A DNA stretch of 64,000 nucleotides. Source: Gemmatales bacterium (lineage in GTDB: Bacteria; Planctomycetota; Planctomycetia; Gemmatales; HRBIN36). Shown one piece after another: positions 40,387-50,444 of this stretch. The stretch covers positions 273,160-337,159 of the forward strand of contig JBEPZY010000005.1 of NCBI GenBank assembly GCA_041640595.1. Reading direction: 5' to 3'. Below the pieces are notes generated by a model that saw nothing but the letters and a program-made list of their open reading frames with translations, did not search any database and was not told the origin of the DNA. The position numbers were made by a program, and so were the translations under genes. Numbering within the stretch: the stretch's first letter is position 1; every line of letters begins with the position of its first letter.

Positions 40387-40806
40387 GTGTTCCGGAAGAT
40401 TCTGCTGCCGCTCGATTTGACGGATAAGCACGGCAAAACTCTGGAAATTGCGGCGAATCTGGCACAGCAAAGCGGCGGCGAGATCACGCTTGTGCACGTC
40501 ATTGAGCTCATCCCAGACCTGCCGCGCGAGGAACAGCCAGACTTTTACGAGCATCTGGAGCAGGAAGCGCGTAAGCATTTGCAGGAGATGGCCCGTCGGC
40601 TGGAAGAGCGGCGTATTCCCTGGCACATTGTCATCCTGTATGGTAACCGCGCCGATGAGATTATCACGTATGCCACCGAAAGCGGGATGGATTTGATTGT
40701 CCTGAGTTCGCACAAAATTGACCTGGACAAACCGCCAGCGGGCTGGGCCACGATAAGTTACAAGATCGGCATTTTGGCGCAATGTCCGGTGCTGCTCGTC
40801 AAATGA
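40387..40806 (+). CDS. Universal stress protein (UspA family)
   Basis: FRKILLPLD, TLVHV, DLIVLSSH, CPVLLVK; GTG start after AGGAGG. Confidence 0.9.
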   Translation: MFRKILLPLDLTDKHGKTLEIAANLAQQSGGEITLVHVIELIPDLPREEQPDFYEHLEQEARKHLQEMARRLEERRIPWHIVILYGNRADEIITYATESGMDLIVLSSHKIDLDKPPAGWATISYKIGILAQCPVLLVK

Positions 40807-40822
40807 AGCAAGGAAAACGACC

Positions 40823-41431
40823 ATGGCAGCGGGCAACTGGGCCAAGAGCCATCACAGCGCCGTGGTGATTATTCCGCCCGAAGAAGTTTGGGAGCCGATC
40901 CAGGCTTTGCGACGAAAATACGACCGCCAGATTCACCGCTGGATGCCGCATATTAATTTGCTCTACCCGTTTGTAGCCGAGCAGCATTTCCAGGAGGTAA
41001 TGCCCTTACTGCAGTCTGTTGTGGCGAAGGTACCCGCCTTTCGGCTCCGACTGGGTAAGTTCCGCTGGTTTTGTCATCCCACCGGGCGAGCCACAGTCTG
41101 GCTGGAACCGGAACCATGCGAAGCGGTGCGTGGGCTGCAAGCAATCCTGCAGGAAGTTGTTCCGCAGTGCGATGAGCTATCGCGCTTTCCACAAGGGTAC
41201 ACCCCGCACCTCAGCATTGGCCAGACAGCAACGCCAGGGGTTGAAGCGTTTGCTGGACGACTGCAAGCTCAATGGCAACCGCTGGAGTTTGCAGTGGAAC
41301 ATGTCGCCGTGATCACGCGTGGTGCGGAGGAACCTTTTGCGGTGCGGCATCGGTTGTTTTTAGCGTCCAGGAATAACCAGGCCGCCATATCGCCGGCACC
41401 GGCAGCGCCACCCGCTCACCAGAGTGTATAA
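40823..41431 (+). CDS. 2H phosphoesterase (2'-5' RNA ligase family) protein
   Basis: PHINLLYPF and PHLSIG 2H-type motifs. Confidence 0.82.
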   Translation: MAAGNWAKSHHSAVVIIPPEEVWEPIQALRRKYDRQIHRWMPHINLLYPFVAEQHFQEVMPLLQSVVAKVPAFRLRLGKFRWFCHPTGRATVWLEPEPCEAVRGLQAILQEVVPQCDELSRFPQGYTPHLSIGQTATPGVEAFAGRLQAQWQPLEFAVEHVAVITRGAEEPFAVRHRLFLASRNNQAAISPAPAAPPAHQSV

Positions 41432-42195
41432 CCGCCGTCTATTACCAGCACTGCTCCGGTCATGTAACTGGAAGCCTCGCTGGCCAGATAAACAGCGGCA
41501 GCACCAATCTCCGACGGTTCACCCAATCGTCCTAAGGGAATCTGGCTTTCAATGCGGCTGCGCAGATCGGGCATCTCGCGGAACCAGCGACGGTTGGCGT
41601 CGGTCAGGAAAGTACCAGGAGCGATAGCGTTGACCCGCACGCCGTAAGGTGCCCAGTCCACCGCCAGCGCCCGCGTAAATTGCAGTAATGCCGCTTTCGC
41701 TGTTTCGTAAGCTCGGCCATAGATGCCGCGACTGACAATTATTCCGCAAATGGAGGCGACATTGATAATGCAGCCGTGACGGCGTTCGACCATCCTGCCG
41801 CCAATCAGCTTGCAGCAGAGGAAAGCACTGGTCAGGTTCAAATCCAGGATGCGCTGCCAGTCGGCAAGCTCCAACTGCTCCGTGGCAATGTTGATGCGCC
41901 GGCCACCGACATTGTTGACAAGAATGTCAATGCGCGGGAATGTTTCGAGGATGGTCTGACAAGCCGCGGTAGTGCCGTCGGGGCTGGACAGGTCGCCGGT
42001 TATCACATCCACCTGGCGACCGGTGGTGAGCAATTGCGATCGAGCCTGCTGTAAGTTCTCCGGATCACGAGCGACGAGAACGAGATCAGCTCCGGCTTCA
42101 GCAAGTGCTTGAGCGATTGCATAACCCAGACCACGACTGCCACCTGTGACTACCGCCCGCTTGCCGTCGAGGCGGAATCGTTCGAGAATGCTCAT
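41416..42195 (-). CDS. SDR family oxidoreductase (gluconate 5-dehydrogenase-like)
   Basis: TGGSRGLG, NNVG, YETAK, VNAIAPG, IDGG. Confidence 0.9.
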   Translation of the reverse strand: MSILERFRLDGKRAVVTGGSRGLGYAIAQALAEAGADLVLVARDPENLQQARSQLLTTGRQVDVITGDLSSPDGTTAACQTILETFPRIDILVNNVGGRRINIATEQLELADWQRILDLNLTSAFLCCKLIGGRMVERRHGCIINVASICGIIVSRGIYGRAYETAKAALLQFTRALAVDWAPYGVRVNAIAPGTFLTDANRRWFREMPDLRSRIESQIPLGRLGEPSEIGAAAVYLASEASSYMTGAVLVIDGGYTLW

Positions 42196-42237
42196 GGTAA
42201 GGGTCTCCGATTTCCTGGGGGCTTCGGGAAGCACGCG

Positions 42238-43182
42238 ATGACGATTTTGTATTACGATTTGCTCTTCCGCGAACATTTCACAGGCCGACATCATCCCGAA
42301 CAGCCGGAACGTCTGGCTCGGATTGAAAACCGCTTACAGCAAAACGGTTGGCTGAACCGCTGTTTACGGGGTGACTACCAACCGGCGACGGTGGAGTCGC
42401 TGGAGTGGATTCACGAGCCGGCCATGATTCGGCGGGTTCAGGAAATGTCGGAAGCGGGAGGCGGTTACCTGGATCCGGACACTGTGGTGTCGCGGGCTTC
42501 GTACCGAGTCGCATTAGCGGCTGCGGGAGCGGCTTGCGCCGCGGTGCAGGCAGTCTTGACGGGTCGGGATAAGACAGCGCTGTGCCTGATTCGTCCTCCG
42601 GGGCATCATGCCACCCGTCGTGAGAGCATGGGCTTTTGTTTGTTCAATAACGTAGCCCTGGCTGCCGAAACTGCCCGACGCCAGTTCGGTCTGGAACGGA
42701 TTCTCATCGTGGATTGGGACGTGCATCACGGTAACGGCACGCAGGACATTTTCTACGACGATGCGGGCGTCTTTTTCTTCAGCATTCACCGATACCCGTT
42801 CTATCCGGGCACAGGTTCAGCGGACGAAACAGGCACAGGTCGGGGCCTGGGCTACACGCTCAATGTGCCGGTGCGATTTGGCACGCCTCGCCATGAATAC
42901 CATCGCCTTTTCCTGCAGGGTCTGGAACGGGCCGCCGCTGTATGCCGACCGCAACTGGTTTTAATCAGCGCCGGCTTTGATGCTCATCGAGAAGACCCGA
43001 TCGGCTCGCTGGGGCTGGAGACCGAGGATTTCGTCGAACTGACCCGCCGGGTGCAGGAAGTGGCCAGCGTTCACGCGGAGGGTAGGATGGTGAGTTGCCT
43101 GGAAGGTGGTTATCACCTGGACCGCCTGGCCGAGTGTGTCGAAGCGCATTTGCAGCAACTGGCCCGTGGTGCGGGGGCCTGA
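42238..43182 (+). CDS. Histone deacetylase family (Zn-dependent) amidohydrolase
   Basis: HPEQPER, RPPGHHA, GFCLFNN, DWDVHHGNGTQ, SAGFDAH, EGGY. Confidence 0.93.
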   Translation: MTILYYDLLFREHFTGRHHPEQPERLARIENRLQQNGWLNRCLRGDYQPATVESLEWIHEPAMIRRVQEMSEAGGGYLDPDTVVSRASYRVALAAAGAACAAVQAVLTGRDKTALCLIRPPGHHATRRESMGFCLFNNVALAAETARRQFGLERILIVDWDVHHGNGTQDIFYDDAGVFFFSIHRYPFYPGTGSADETGTGRGLGYTLNVPVRFGTPRHEYHRLFLQGLERAAAVCRPQLVLISAGFDAHREDPIGSLGLETEDFVELTRRVQEVASVHAEGRMVSCLEGGYHLDRLAECVEAHLQQLARGAGA

Positions 43183-43303
43183 AATGCGCCGGTCGAACTA
43201 CCGCTCGGCGATTACCGAAGTTGGTCAGGAGCGTGTTAGACTAATTGGAGCTGTGTAGTCGCTGCCATCGCACTTACCGTCTTCGTGGGAGCATCGAACA
43301 GCA

Positions 43304-44581
43304 ATGACACCTCCGATTCGATTTTCTCAATTGAGTCAGCGCACAGGCGATCCGCCCATCTCCTATTTCATGCAACAGGCGGTGGAAAATCGTAACCTCA
43401 TCAGTCTCGCCGCCGGTCTGGTGGATATGGAAACGTTACCAGTCGAGCAGATGCGGGAGGCTTTGCTGGCTGTCCTGAAAGAAGCAGATTCGGCTCAGGC
43501 AGCTTTGCAGTATGGCACAACTCCGGGATGGGCACCATTGCGGCAGGCGTTGCTGGAGCATTTCTGCCGGCTGGAAAACTTGCGGCCACAAGATTTGAAC
43601 CTCTCGGCTGATCACGTCCTGGTAACCACAGGCTCGCAGCAGCTCCTTTATCTGGTCAGCGAAGCCCTGCTGGATCCGGGCGACCTCGTGGTTACAGCAG
43701 CGCCATCCTATTTTGTGTACCACGGTGTGTTACAGTCCCTGGGAGCGCAGGTGCTGGCGGTGCCCGGCGACCAGGACGGAATGGATACGGAGGCGCTGGA
43801 AAGGTTACTGGCGGGTTTGTCGTTGGAACAGTTGCGGCGGTTGAAGCTTATTTACGTCGTCAGCTATTTTGAAAATCCCACCGGGGCCACGCTTTCGTGG
43901 CCGCGTCGGCAACACCTTTTCCGTCTGGTGCAGCATTACTCCCGCGAGCATCGCATCCTGATCCTGGAGGATGCTGCCTACCGTGAGTTGCGGTACGAAG
44001 GGGACGATGTGCCGAGCATCAAATCGCTTGACCGCGAAAATCGGTTTGTTGTTCTGGCCATGACCTTTTCCAAGCCCTGGGCCCCAGGCATCAAGACCGG
44101 TTACGGCTTTTTGCCTGGCGACCTGGTACAACCGGTTTTGCGTATCAAAGGGAATCACGATTTCGGTTCGGCCAACCTGGTGCAGCATGCGTTGCTTCAC
44201 AGCCTGCGCACGGGAGCCTACGCCGAGCACGTCCGTGAACTCGTGCAGCACTACCGTCGCAAGCGGGACGTGCTCCTGCAGGCGCTATCCGAATTTTTAC
44301 CTGGTGCGTGGGGAATTCGCTGGTGGCATCCGAAAGGTGGGCTGTATGTCTGGCTGATTTGCCCGCCCGGACTTGATACCGGCCCCAATGGCCCGTTACT
44401 TCAGCGTGCTATTCAGGAAGGCGTCCTCTATGTGCCCGGGGAATTCTGTTATCCTCCCGGCATGGCTGGGGTACCGCGAAATGAAATGCGGTTGTCGTTC
44501 GGGTTGGCCCGGCTTGAGGAATTGCGAGAAGGAGTAAGGCGATTGGCCCGCGCTCTGGCGGCCTGCTGGCGTGCCTGTTAG
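43304..44581 (+). CDS. PLP-dependent aminotransferase class I/II (LysN-like)
   Basis: ALQYG, TTGSQQ, FENPTG, EDAAY, TFSK..PG, MRLSFG. Confidence 0.9.
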   Translation: MTPPIRFSQLSQRTGDPPISYFMQQAVENRNLISLAAGLVDMETLPVEQMREALLAVLKEADSAQAALQYGTTPGWAPLRQALLEHFCRLENLRPQDLNLSADHVLVTTGSQQLLYLVSEALLDPGDLVVTAAPSYFVYHGVLQSLGAQVLAVPGDQDGMDTEALERLLAGLSLEQLRRLKLIYVVSYFENPTGATLSWPRRQHLFRLVQHYSREHRILILEDAAYRELRYEGDDVPSIKSLDRENRFVVLAMTFSKPWAPGIKTGYGFLPGDLVQPVLRIKGNHDFGSANLVQHALLHSLRTGAYAEHVRELVQHYRRKRDVLLQALSEFLPGAWGIRWWHPKGGLYVWLICPPGLDTGPNGPLLQRAIQEGVLYVPGEFCYPPGMAGVPRNEMRLSFGLARLEELREGVRRLARALAACWRAC

Positions 44582-44621
44582 TGCCGGGCGTCATGGGCTT
44601 GCTGTCGGTGTGGCTTGGCGT

Positions 44622-45335
44622 ATGGCGGAGCGATTTTTCTACCCGGAGCCCATCTCGACCGGAACGGTGCGATTGGAAGGCGAAGAATTCCACCACCTGA
44701 CCCACGTGTGCCGGTATCATGTGGGAGACCGGGTCGTTTTGTTCAACGGAGACGGACGCGAATACCTGGCGGTGATCCGGAATGTAACCCGCCGCTACGC
44801 CGAACTGGTTGTCGAATCGGTGCAGGAAGTGTCTCGAGAGTTACCAGCTCCTCTCTGGCTGGCTGCACCGCTTCCCAAAGGCGACCGCCAGCAATTTCTC
44901 ATTGAGAAACTTACGGAACTGGGCACGGCTCGCTATATTCCGCTCTCGACGCAGCGAAGTGTCATCACGCCGGCAAGTATGCGGTTAGAAAAGCTCCGCC
45001 GGTATGTCATCGAGGCTTGCAAGCAGTGTGGCCGGAACCGCTTGATGGAAATCGCGTCTCCGCTGGAACTCCCGACCTTACTGTCGAGCCGGGAAGTTCC
45101 TGAGCACCGTCTGATGGCAGATGTCCGCGGCGAACCGTTGCGGTGGGAGCATTTTCCAGTGCGGCAGGCCACCGTGGTGATTGTCGGTCCGGAGGGAGGT
45201 TTCACGGAGCACGAGATCGCGCAGGCACGGCAGGCGGGCTGGCAATTGGTAGCGTTAGGTTCACGCATCCTGCGAGTCGAAACCGCCGCAGTGTTCCTGG
45301 CCTGTTGTTTTTCCTGGCGGCAATTAGCGTCTTAG
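44622..45335 (+). CDS. rsmE: 16S rRNA (uracil1498-N3)-methyltransferase
   Basis: EKLTELG, EACKQCGR, VGPEGGF, LGSRILRVETA. Confidence 0.93.
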   Translation: MAERFFYPEPISTGTVRLEGEEFHHLTHVCRYHVGDRVVLFNGDGREYLAVIRNVTRRYAELVVESVQEVSRELPAPLWLAAPLPKGDRQQFLIEKLTELGTARYIPLSTQRSVITPASMRLEKLRRYVIEACKQCGRNRLMEIASPLELPTLLSSREVPEHRLMADVRGEPLRWEHFPVRQATVVIVGPEGGFTEHEIAQARQAGWQLVALGSRILRVETAAVFLACCFSWRQLAS

Positions 45336-45407
45336 CAGGAAGGTCGAGAATCCGACCTATGTCGCCGGTCATAGCGACGTGGATCGAGACGGCAAACGAC
45401 AGGCGAT

Positions 45408-46226
45408 TCAGTCGTTCCAGATGGCCGCGTCTTCGCCATCTAACCGCAGTGTCAAACACTTGGCACTACCGCCGGCCTTGAGGAACTCATCCAGAGGAAC
45501 AAGAATCGGCTCAAAACCGTGGTGCTGTAACATTTCTGCCAGGGCATCGCAGCCAGCGTTGAGAACGACATATTTGCCCACGACGACGGCGTTGCAGCCG
45601 AAGCGGTAGGCGTCGCGTTCGGGACATGCGATGAGGTGCGGTATGCGTTCGTGCAGAACCCGTTGCGCATAGCTGTCGAACGCGGGTGGGTAATAGATGG
45701 CCTGGTCGGGTGTCAGAGGGCAAAAACAAGTGTCCAGATGATAGAAGTGCGGGTTGACCAACTCCAGCGGCAATACCTCGCGCTGAATGAGGCGGGCAAC
45801 TTCCTGATGTGCCAGGCAGTCGCTGCGAATGCGATATCCGGCAAACAAAGTTCGGCCACAAAAAAGCGCGTCGCCTGCTCCCTCAAAAAACAGATTCGGC
45901 GCCAGTCGGGCGATTTTGAACCCGTGTTGCCGGAACCAGTTTTCAAATACCGGCTCTTCCCGCTGGCGCTGCGGATAACGGAAATGCGACAGGATGACCG
46001 TGTCGCGGAAAACCAGTCCAGCGTTGGCGGTGAAAACCAGGTCTGGCAAACCGGGCTGCGGGTCGAGCAATTCCACGGTAACCTGGAGTCGCAGCAAAGT
46101 TTCGTAAAGGGTTTGCCATTGCTGCTGGGCACGCTCCCGAACCGCACCACGCGACCGGCTCATCCAGGGATTGATTTCGTATTCGATGCCATAGTAATCG
46201 GGCCGGCACATCAAAATGCGAGCCAT
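45408..46226 (-). CDS. Amidinotransferase/dimethylarginase superfamily protein
   Basis: YEINPWM, PDLVFTAN, FEGAGD, YHLDTC, EFLKAGGSAKCLTL. Confidence 0.88.
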   Translation of the reverse strand: MARILMCRPDYYGIEYEINPWMSRSRGAVRERAQQQWQTLYETLLRLQVTVELLDPQPGLPDLVFTANAGLVFRDTVILSHFRYPQRQREEPVFENWFRQHGFKIARLAPNLFFEGAGDALFCGRTLFAGYRIRSDCLAHQEVARLIQREVLPLELVNPHFYHLDTCFCPLTPDQAIYYPPAFDSYAQRVLHERIPHLIACPERDAYRFGCNAVVVGKYVVLNAGCDALAEMLQHHGFEPILVPLDEFLKAGGSAKCLTLRLDGEDAAIWND

Positions 46227-46271
46227 CCGCTTCCCTCATATCTGGCCGGGGAATCGTGTGGTACAGGCATT

Positions 46272-46949
46272 TTAGGTGATCAGGCTCGCCATCCCCTGGG
46301 CAACGCCGATACGGAGGTGAGACTCCTGCACTCCGGCCTCGCGGGCTTGCTGGATGCGTTTGGTGAGCAGTTCGGCCCAGGTGTGGGGCTCGGTCAGGGC
46401 AAGCAACACCGTTGCCTCAGCGCCGGGCGATTCCGGAATCAGAGCCAGGTGGCCGAAACCAAGCAATCGTTGCCACCAGCTTTGCCGTACCTCCACTCTT
46501 GCCAGCCCCGTCAACGGCACGCTGCATTTGGGCCAGAGCCAGCCACGACGATAAACCACTTCCCGCTCGGTTACTTCCACTCGCCAGAACAGAACCCGAT
46601 AGGCCCAACGGAAAAGAAGAAACGTCCATAGCCCCGCCAGCCCTGCCCACAACAGACTGGTCACCAGCGGAGCTAACCAGGCCGGGAGGAATGCCCGAAC
46701 TTTCACAGATGCTGCAATAGCTGCCAGCGTCAGCGCCACACCCAGCACGAAACCAGGCAGCAGATGCTTGGCGTCGTATCCGACACAAAGCACGGGTAGT
46801 TCAGATTTATCTGACGGCCGCGTTTGGTGTTCTTCTTCGGCTCCGATAGCACTCGCCGGGGCCCCGATGATCACTTCCTGAGGGGAGCGAAGCCCAGCTC
46901 GGCTTTGTTCCGGAATTGTTCCCGCAACGCTTGTGAGATTTTCGCTCAT
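46272..46949 (-). CDS. Membrane protein with bacterial PH (bPH_2) domain
   Basis: Two TMs, then VTEREVVYRRGW...VEVRQSWWQRLLGFG; AGGAGG RBS. Confidence 0.75.
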   Translation of the reverse strand: MSENLTSVAGTIPEQSRAGLRSPQEVIIGAPASAIGAEEEHQTRPSDKSELPVLCVGYDAKHLLPGFVLGVALTLAAIAASVKVRAFLPAWLAPLVTSLLWAGLAGLWTFLLFRWAYRVLFWRVEVTEREVVYRRGWLWPKCSVPLTGLARVEVRQSWWQRLLGFGHLALIPESPGAEATVLLALTEPHTWAELLTKRIQQAREAGVQESHLRIGVAQGMASLIT

Positions 46950-47013
46950 GCTCAGCCTCCTTGCTTCGACCATGCGGAGCGTCCTGCGCCCGCAGTCCGC
47001 GAAAGACAAGCTC

Positions 47014-48612
47014 TCACTGACGGCTGCTTATGTATATTGCGCGCGCCAGCAGGGTGGGTAACTCCAGATGAACGTGCAGGCGATTGTCTTTGCCCTCCAG
47101 CACCAGGCGAATTTGATCCTGCTGTGCAGATGGGCCGGAGAATGTCTCCAGGATGGCTCTCGCAAAATTCTGGCTATCGGGATTGTGCCGGATCAGTTCC
47201 GCGAATTGCCGCAGGGACAATTCCACACTGCCGACTGCTCCGGCTTTTTCCTCGCTTAGCGTGGCAACGGCTTGTTGTAATGTAGCAACGCGATGGGTGC
47301 CGGCACTCAGCAGCAGGTAGTCGTCGGTTACCAACAGGGCGAGTTTTTCCTCTCCGAAAACGCGGGAGAAATTCGGGTCATCGGGGGAAATTTCCAGTTC
47401 GTGCACATTGTGACCGGCGACTTTGGCGGAGTCAAGATGCACTCGACTGCGGGCATCTTCAGGCAACACTTTGACAAGCTGGCGAAGAGCGGCTTCGAGT
47501 TTACGGCCTTCCCGAAGGCGGATGGCGATGATGGGTGTGAGTTTACCATCCTTGCTTGGGCCGTGAACAACGACTGCCAGTTCATGCAGGTCGGCTTTGA
47601 GCGTCGGGGCAATGGCCTCATAGAGCTGGCGCAAAATCGCCTGCTGGTCCTGGGGTTTTTCAGCGATGCCTTTCTCCAGCATGGCTGCCAGCTTGTCCAT
47701 CTGTTGCCGCAACGCACCATACACGGGGTACGAGAGCACCAGAGACGAGCCGGAGCCCGACTGCAAAACGCGGAATCGGCTGGCGGTTTGCTGGAGGCGA
47801 CTGACCAGGGCTGCCGTATTGCTGCCCCGCCGAAAGACCAGGTCAAGGTCCACCGTCAACTGATTGGTCTTGGTGTGCAGGTCGGCAACCAGCATCACCT
47901 CCTCCAGGTCTTCGATAGCCTGAAGGAGAACCTCGCGCACGAGCTGGGTTAGCTGTTGCCGAAGCTGATATTGCGCCTGCGTCTCATTGGGTTTGCGCTC
48001 GATGGGTTTGTCTGCAACTGCCCGCAGAAGAGCGTAGAGTTTCTTGCGAACCGCTGGCGGAATTTCACCGATTCGGAGGGAAACCGTTAGATGGTGCTGT
48101 TTCTGCTCCGGCTTGAGGAGTTGTGCTGGATCCGGCAGCTTCCCTGCCAGATGGGAGCGGTCATTGCAGATGAACGCATAGCGGTGTGCAAAGCGGAGAT
48201 ACGCGCTCTGACCGGTCGGCAACGTTATGGCCCGAACCTGGTTGGCATCCGGTTCCTGCACCTGGAAATTCAGAGCCAGCAGCAGTTGCAGGAAATCTTT
48301 TTCGTCGCTCAGCGGAAGGGCAATTACCGCTGTCGTTTGCTGGCCTGGCGCGGGCACAGTCGGTACATAAAAAACGACAGGATTACGCCGATCGAGCCCG
48401 ACCAGCCCCTTGTTGCCGGTCAGGGTGTCAATGAAGGACTCGAGCTGTTTGGCAATGTCGTCCCGACCGAACAAAGTGGCGAAATAAGCTACGCTTTCCA
48501 GTACCGCATCGGTGGAGCGCACCGAAGCAACCACCACCTGGGCTGCGACTGGACGAGCCGTCAGCCATAAAGCAACTCCCACCATCAGCGCCACGGGCCA
48601 CACTCTGCGCAT
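47014..48612 (-). CDS. Secreted hypothetical protein
   Basis: 532-aa ORF, AGGAGG RBS, signal peptide. Confidence 0.72.
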   Translation of the reverse strand: MRRVWPVALMVGVALWLTARPVAAQVVVASVRSTDAVLESVAYFATLFGRDDIAKQLESFIDTLTGNKGLVGLDRRNPVVFYVPTVPAPGQQTTAVIALPLSDEKDFLQLLLALNFQVQEPDANQVRAITLPTGQSAYLRFAHRYAFICNDRSHLAGKLPDPAQLLKPEQKQHHLTVSLRIGEIPPAVRKKLYALLRAVADKPIERKPNETQAQYQLRQQLTQLVREVLLQAIEDLEEVMLVADLHTKTNQLTVDLDLVFRRGSNTAALVSRLQQTASRFRVLQSGSGSSLVLSYPVYGALRQQMDKLAAMLEKGIAEKPQDQQAILRQLYEAIAPTLKADLHELAVVVHGPSKDGKLTPIIAIRLREGRKLEAALRQLVKVLPEDARSRVHLDSAKVAGHNVHELEISPDDPNFSRVFGEEKLALLVTDDYLLLSAGTHRVATLQQAVATLSEEKAGAVGSVELSLRQFAELIRHNPDSQNFARAILETFSGPSAQQDQIRLVLEGKDNRLHVHLELPTLLARAIYISSRQ

Positions 48613-48711
48613 GTCGTTACCTCCTGAGCCAGGGTTGTTCTTAGGTAGCCGTCAGATATTACCCCTCCCGGAGCTGGCGGGTGTCAGGAAAAACGTGATT
48701 GCAAGCCGTCA

Positions 48712-49536
48712 CTATAACCGCGGAGGCTCAGGTTGCGAAGACGAAATGGGCACATGGGGGTGCGGATGGGTCAGGCTGTGCGGCACTTCCAGACCGTGGG
48801 CTTCCATAAGTTCCGCGTCGGATAGGATTTCGCGAATGGGACCGTCGGCAACAATGCGGCCCTGGTCGAGCAAAAGCACACGCTGGCAGACCTGCAATTG
48901 AAATTCCAGATCGTGCGAGGCAATCAACCGCGTGACCTGCAAGCGGTTGAGAACAGCGATCAGGTCACGGCGACCACGCGGGTCGAGGTGAATGGTCGGT
49001 TCATCCAGGAGCAGGATTTCTGGCTCCATAGCCAAAACACCTGCCAGTGCGGCACGTTTTTTCTCGCCGCTCGACAAATGGAAAGGCACTCGGTCGCGGG
49101 CTTGTTCCAGCCCAACGGCCCGCAGTGCCTTGTCCACACGCCGTCTCACTTCCGCTTCGGGCAGCCCCAGATTGAGCGGGCCGAAAGCTACATCATCGGC
49201 GACGCTCCAGTGGATAAGCTGATCATCGCTGTCGGCAAAGACCAGACCGAGCTTCTCGGGCATTCGTCGCCGTTGCACCGGGTCTCGCGGGTCGAAACCA
49301 GCGACGCGGATTCGCCCCTGTTGCGGCACGAGCACGCCGGCCAGGCACAAAAACAACGTGGTTTTCCCTGCCCCATTGGGACCGACCACCGCCACGCTCT
49401 CGCCCGCGGCAATGCGCAAACGGATCGCTTCCAGAGCCGGAGAGCCTTCCGGCCAGCGAAAACTCATGTTTTCCACTTCTATCGCCCAGTTGTTGCCAGG
49501 TACAGCAGGCGTGTTACCGTTCATGGAGGTGATCAT
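48712..49536 (-). CDS. cbiO: ECF transporter ATP-binding component (CbiO/NikO-like)
   Basis: GPNGAGKTT, DDVAFGP, LSSGEKKR, LLDEP, SHD; His-rich C-terminus. Start uncertain. Confidence 0.85.
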   Translation of the reverse strand: MITSMNGNTPAVPGNNWAIEVENMSFRWPEGSPALEAIRLRIAAGESVAVVGPNGAGKTTLFLCLAGVLVPQQGRIRVAGFDPRDPVQRRRMPEKLGLVFADSDDQLIHWSVADDVAFGPLNLGLPEAEVRRRVDKALRAVGLEQARDRVPFHLSSGEKKRAALAGVLAMEPEILLLDEPTIHLDPRGRRDLIAVLNRLQVTRLIASHDLEFQLQVCQRVLLLDQGRIVADGPIREILSDAELMEAHGLEVPHSLTHPHPHVPISSSQPEPPRL

Positions 49537-49676
49537 ACTACTGGGGACGGAATCAACATACTGGTTCCTGCTTACTGTTCCTTCCCTGGCCTGGAAGCTC
49601 GACGGAACCAGGTAAAGCATCAGAGCCGACTTTCTGAGGCGGTGCAGGTAACGGTATCAGCCGCGGCATGACCCGG

Positions 49677-50444
49677 CTAATTTCCGAAGCACAACGCACT
49701 CAGAAACCAGGGCACCAGCCAGACAGTGCACACGACCATCGAGGCCAGGATGGTATCGCTCAACCGGGCACGCTGGCCGGGAAGCCAGCGCCATTTCCCG
49801 GTAAAGCCGCGACACAGCATGGCCTGGGCTACCCGTTCGGCGCGTTCCTGGCTACGCACGACCAGGCTTCCGACCACATTGGCGGTGGTGCGGTAGCTAT
49901 GAGCGGAAAACTGATGCCGATAGCCGCGGCTACGCAAAGCCAAACGGACGCGGGAAAATTCGTCGCCCAGCAAATATACGTAGCGCAGGCTCATGCTCAG
50001 GAGTTGCACCGCCAGACCGGGTACACGCAAAGCCACCAGGCCACGCAGCAACCGGTCTAACGGCGTGGTGGCTAGAAGGAGCAAAGCCAGTCCGCTGACC
50101 GTAACTGCCCGCGCTGCGATCAGGGCTGCCAATTCCATGCCGCGAAACGAGAAGTGAATGGGGCCGAATGTCCAGCCAGGTCCTGGCACACTGAGCGGTA
50201 ACACCGTAACCAGCAGGGCCAGGAACGTTGCCAGGCTTCCCAGCCGACTTCCTATCCAGTTCCAGGGCAGGCCAGCATAGCGCAGCCACAGCCCAGTGCT
50301 GACACAGGCCAGAACGGGAATCCGCCAGTTGTCCGCCAGCACTATCGCTACTGCCCCGGTGAGTATGGCGGCGAGTTTCCAGCGGCTGTCCATGCGGTGC
50401 AGGGGAGAATTGCCGGTAGCCCAGTCGCGCAGGGTCAGCGTCAT
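49677..50444 (-). CDS. cbiQ: ECF transporter transmembrane T component (CbiQ-like)
   Basis: SPLHRMDSRWKL, ATTP, LRY, SRG, RAERVAQAMLCRGF. Confidence 0.87.
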   Translation of the reverse strand: MTLTLRDWATGNSPLHRMDSRWKLAAILTGAVAIVLADNWRIPVLACVSTGLWLRYAGLPWNWIGSRLGSLATFLALLVTVLPLSVPGPGWTFGPIHFSFRGMELAALIAARAVTVSGLALLLLATTPLDRLLRGLVALRVPGLAVQLLSMSLRYVYLLGDEFSRVRLALRSRGYRHQFSAHSYRTTANVVGSLVVRSQERAERVAQAMLCRGFTGKWRWLPGQRARLSDTILASMVVCTVWLVPWFLSALCFGN

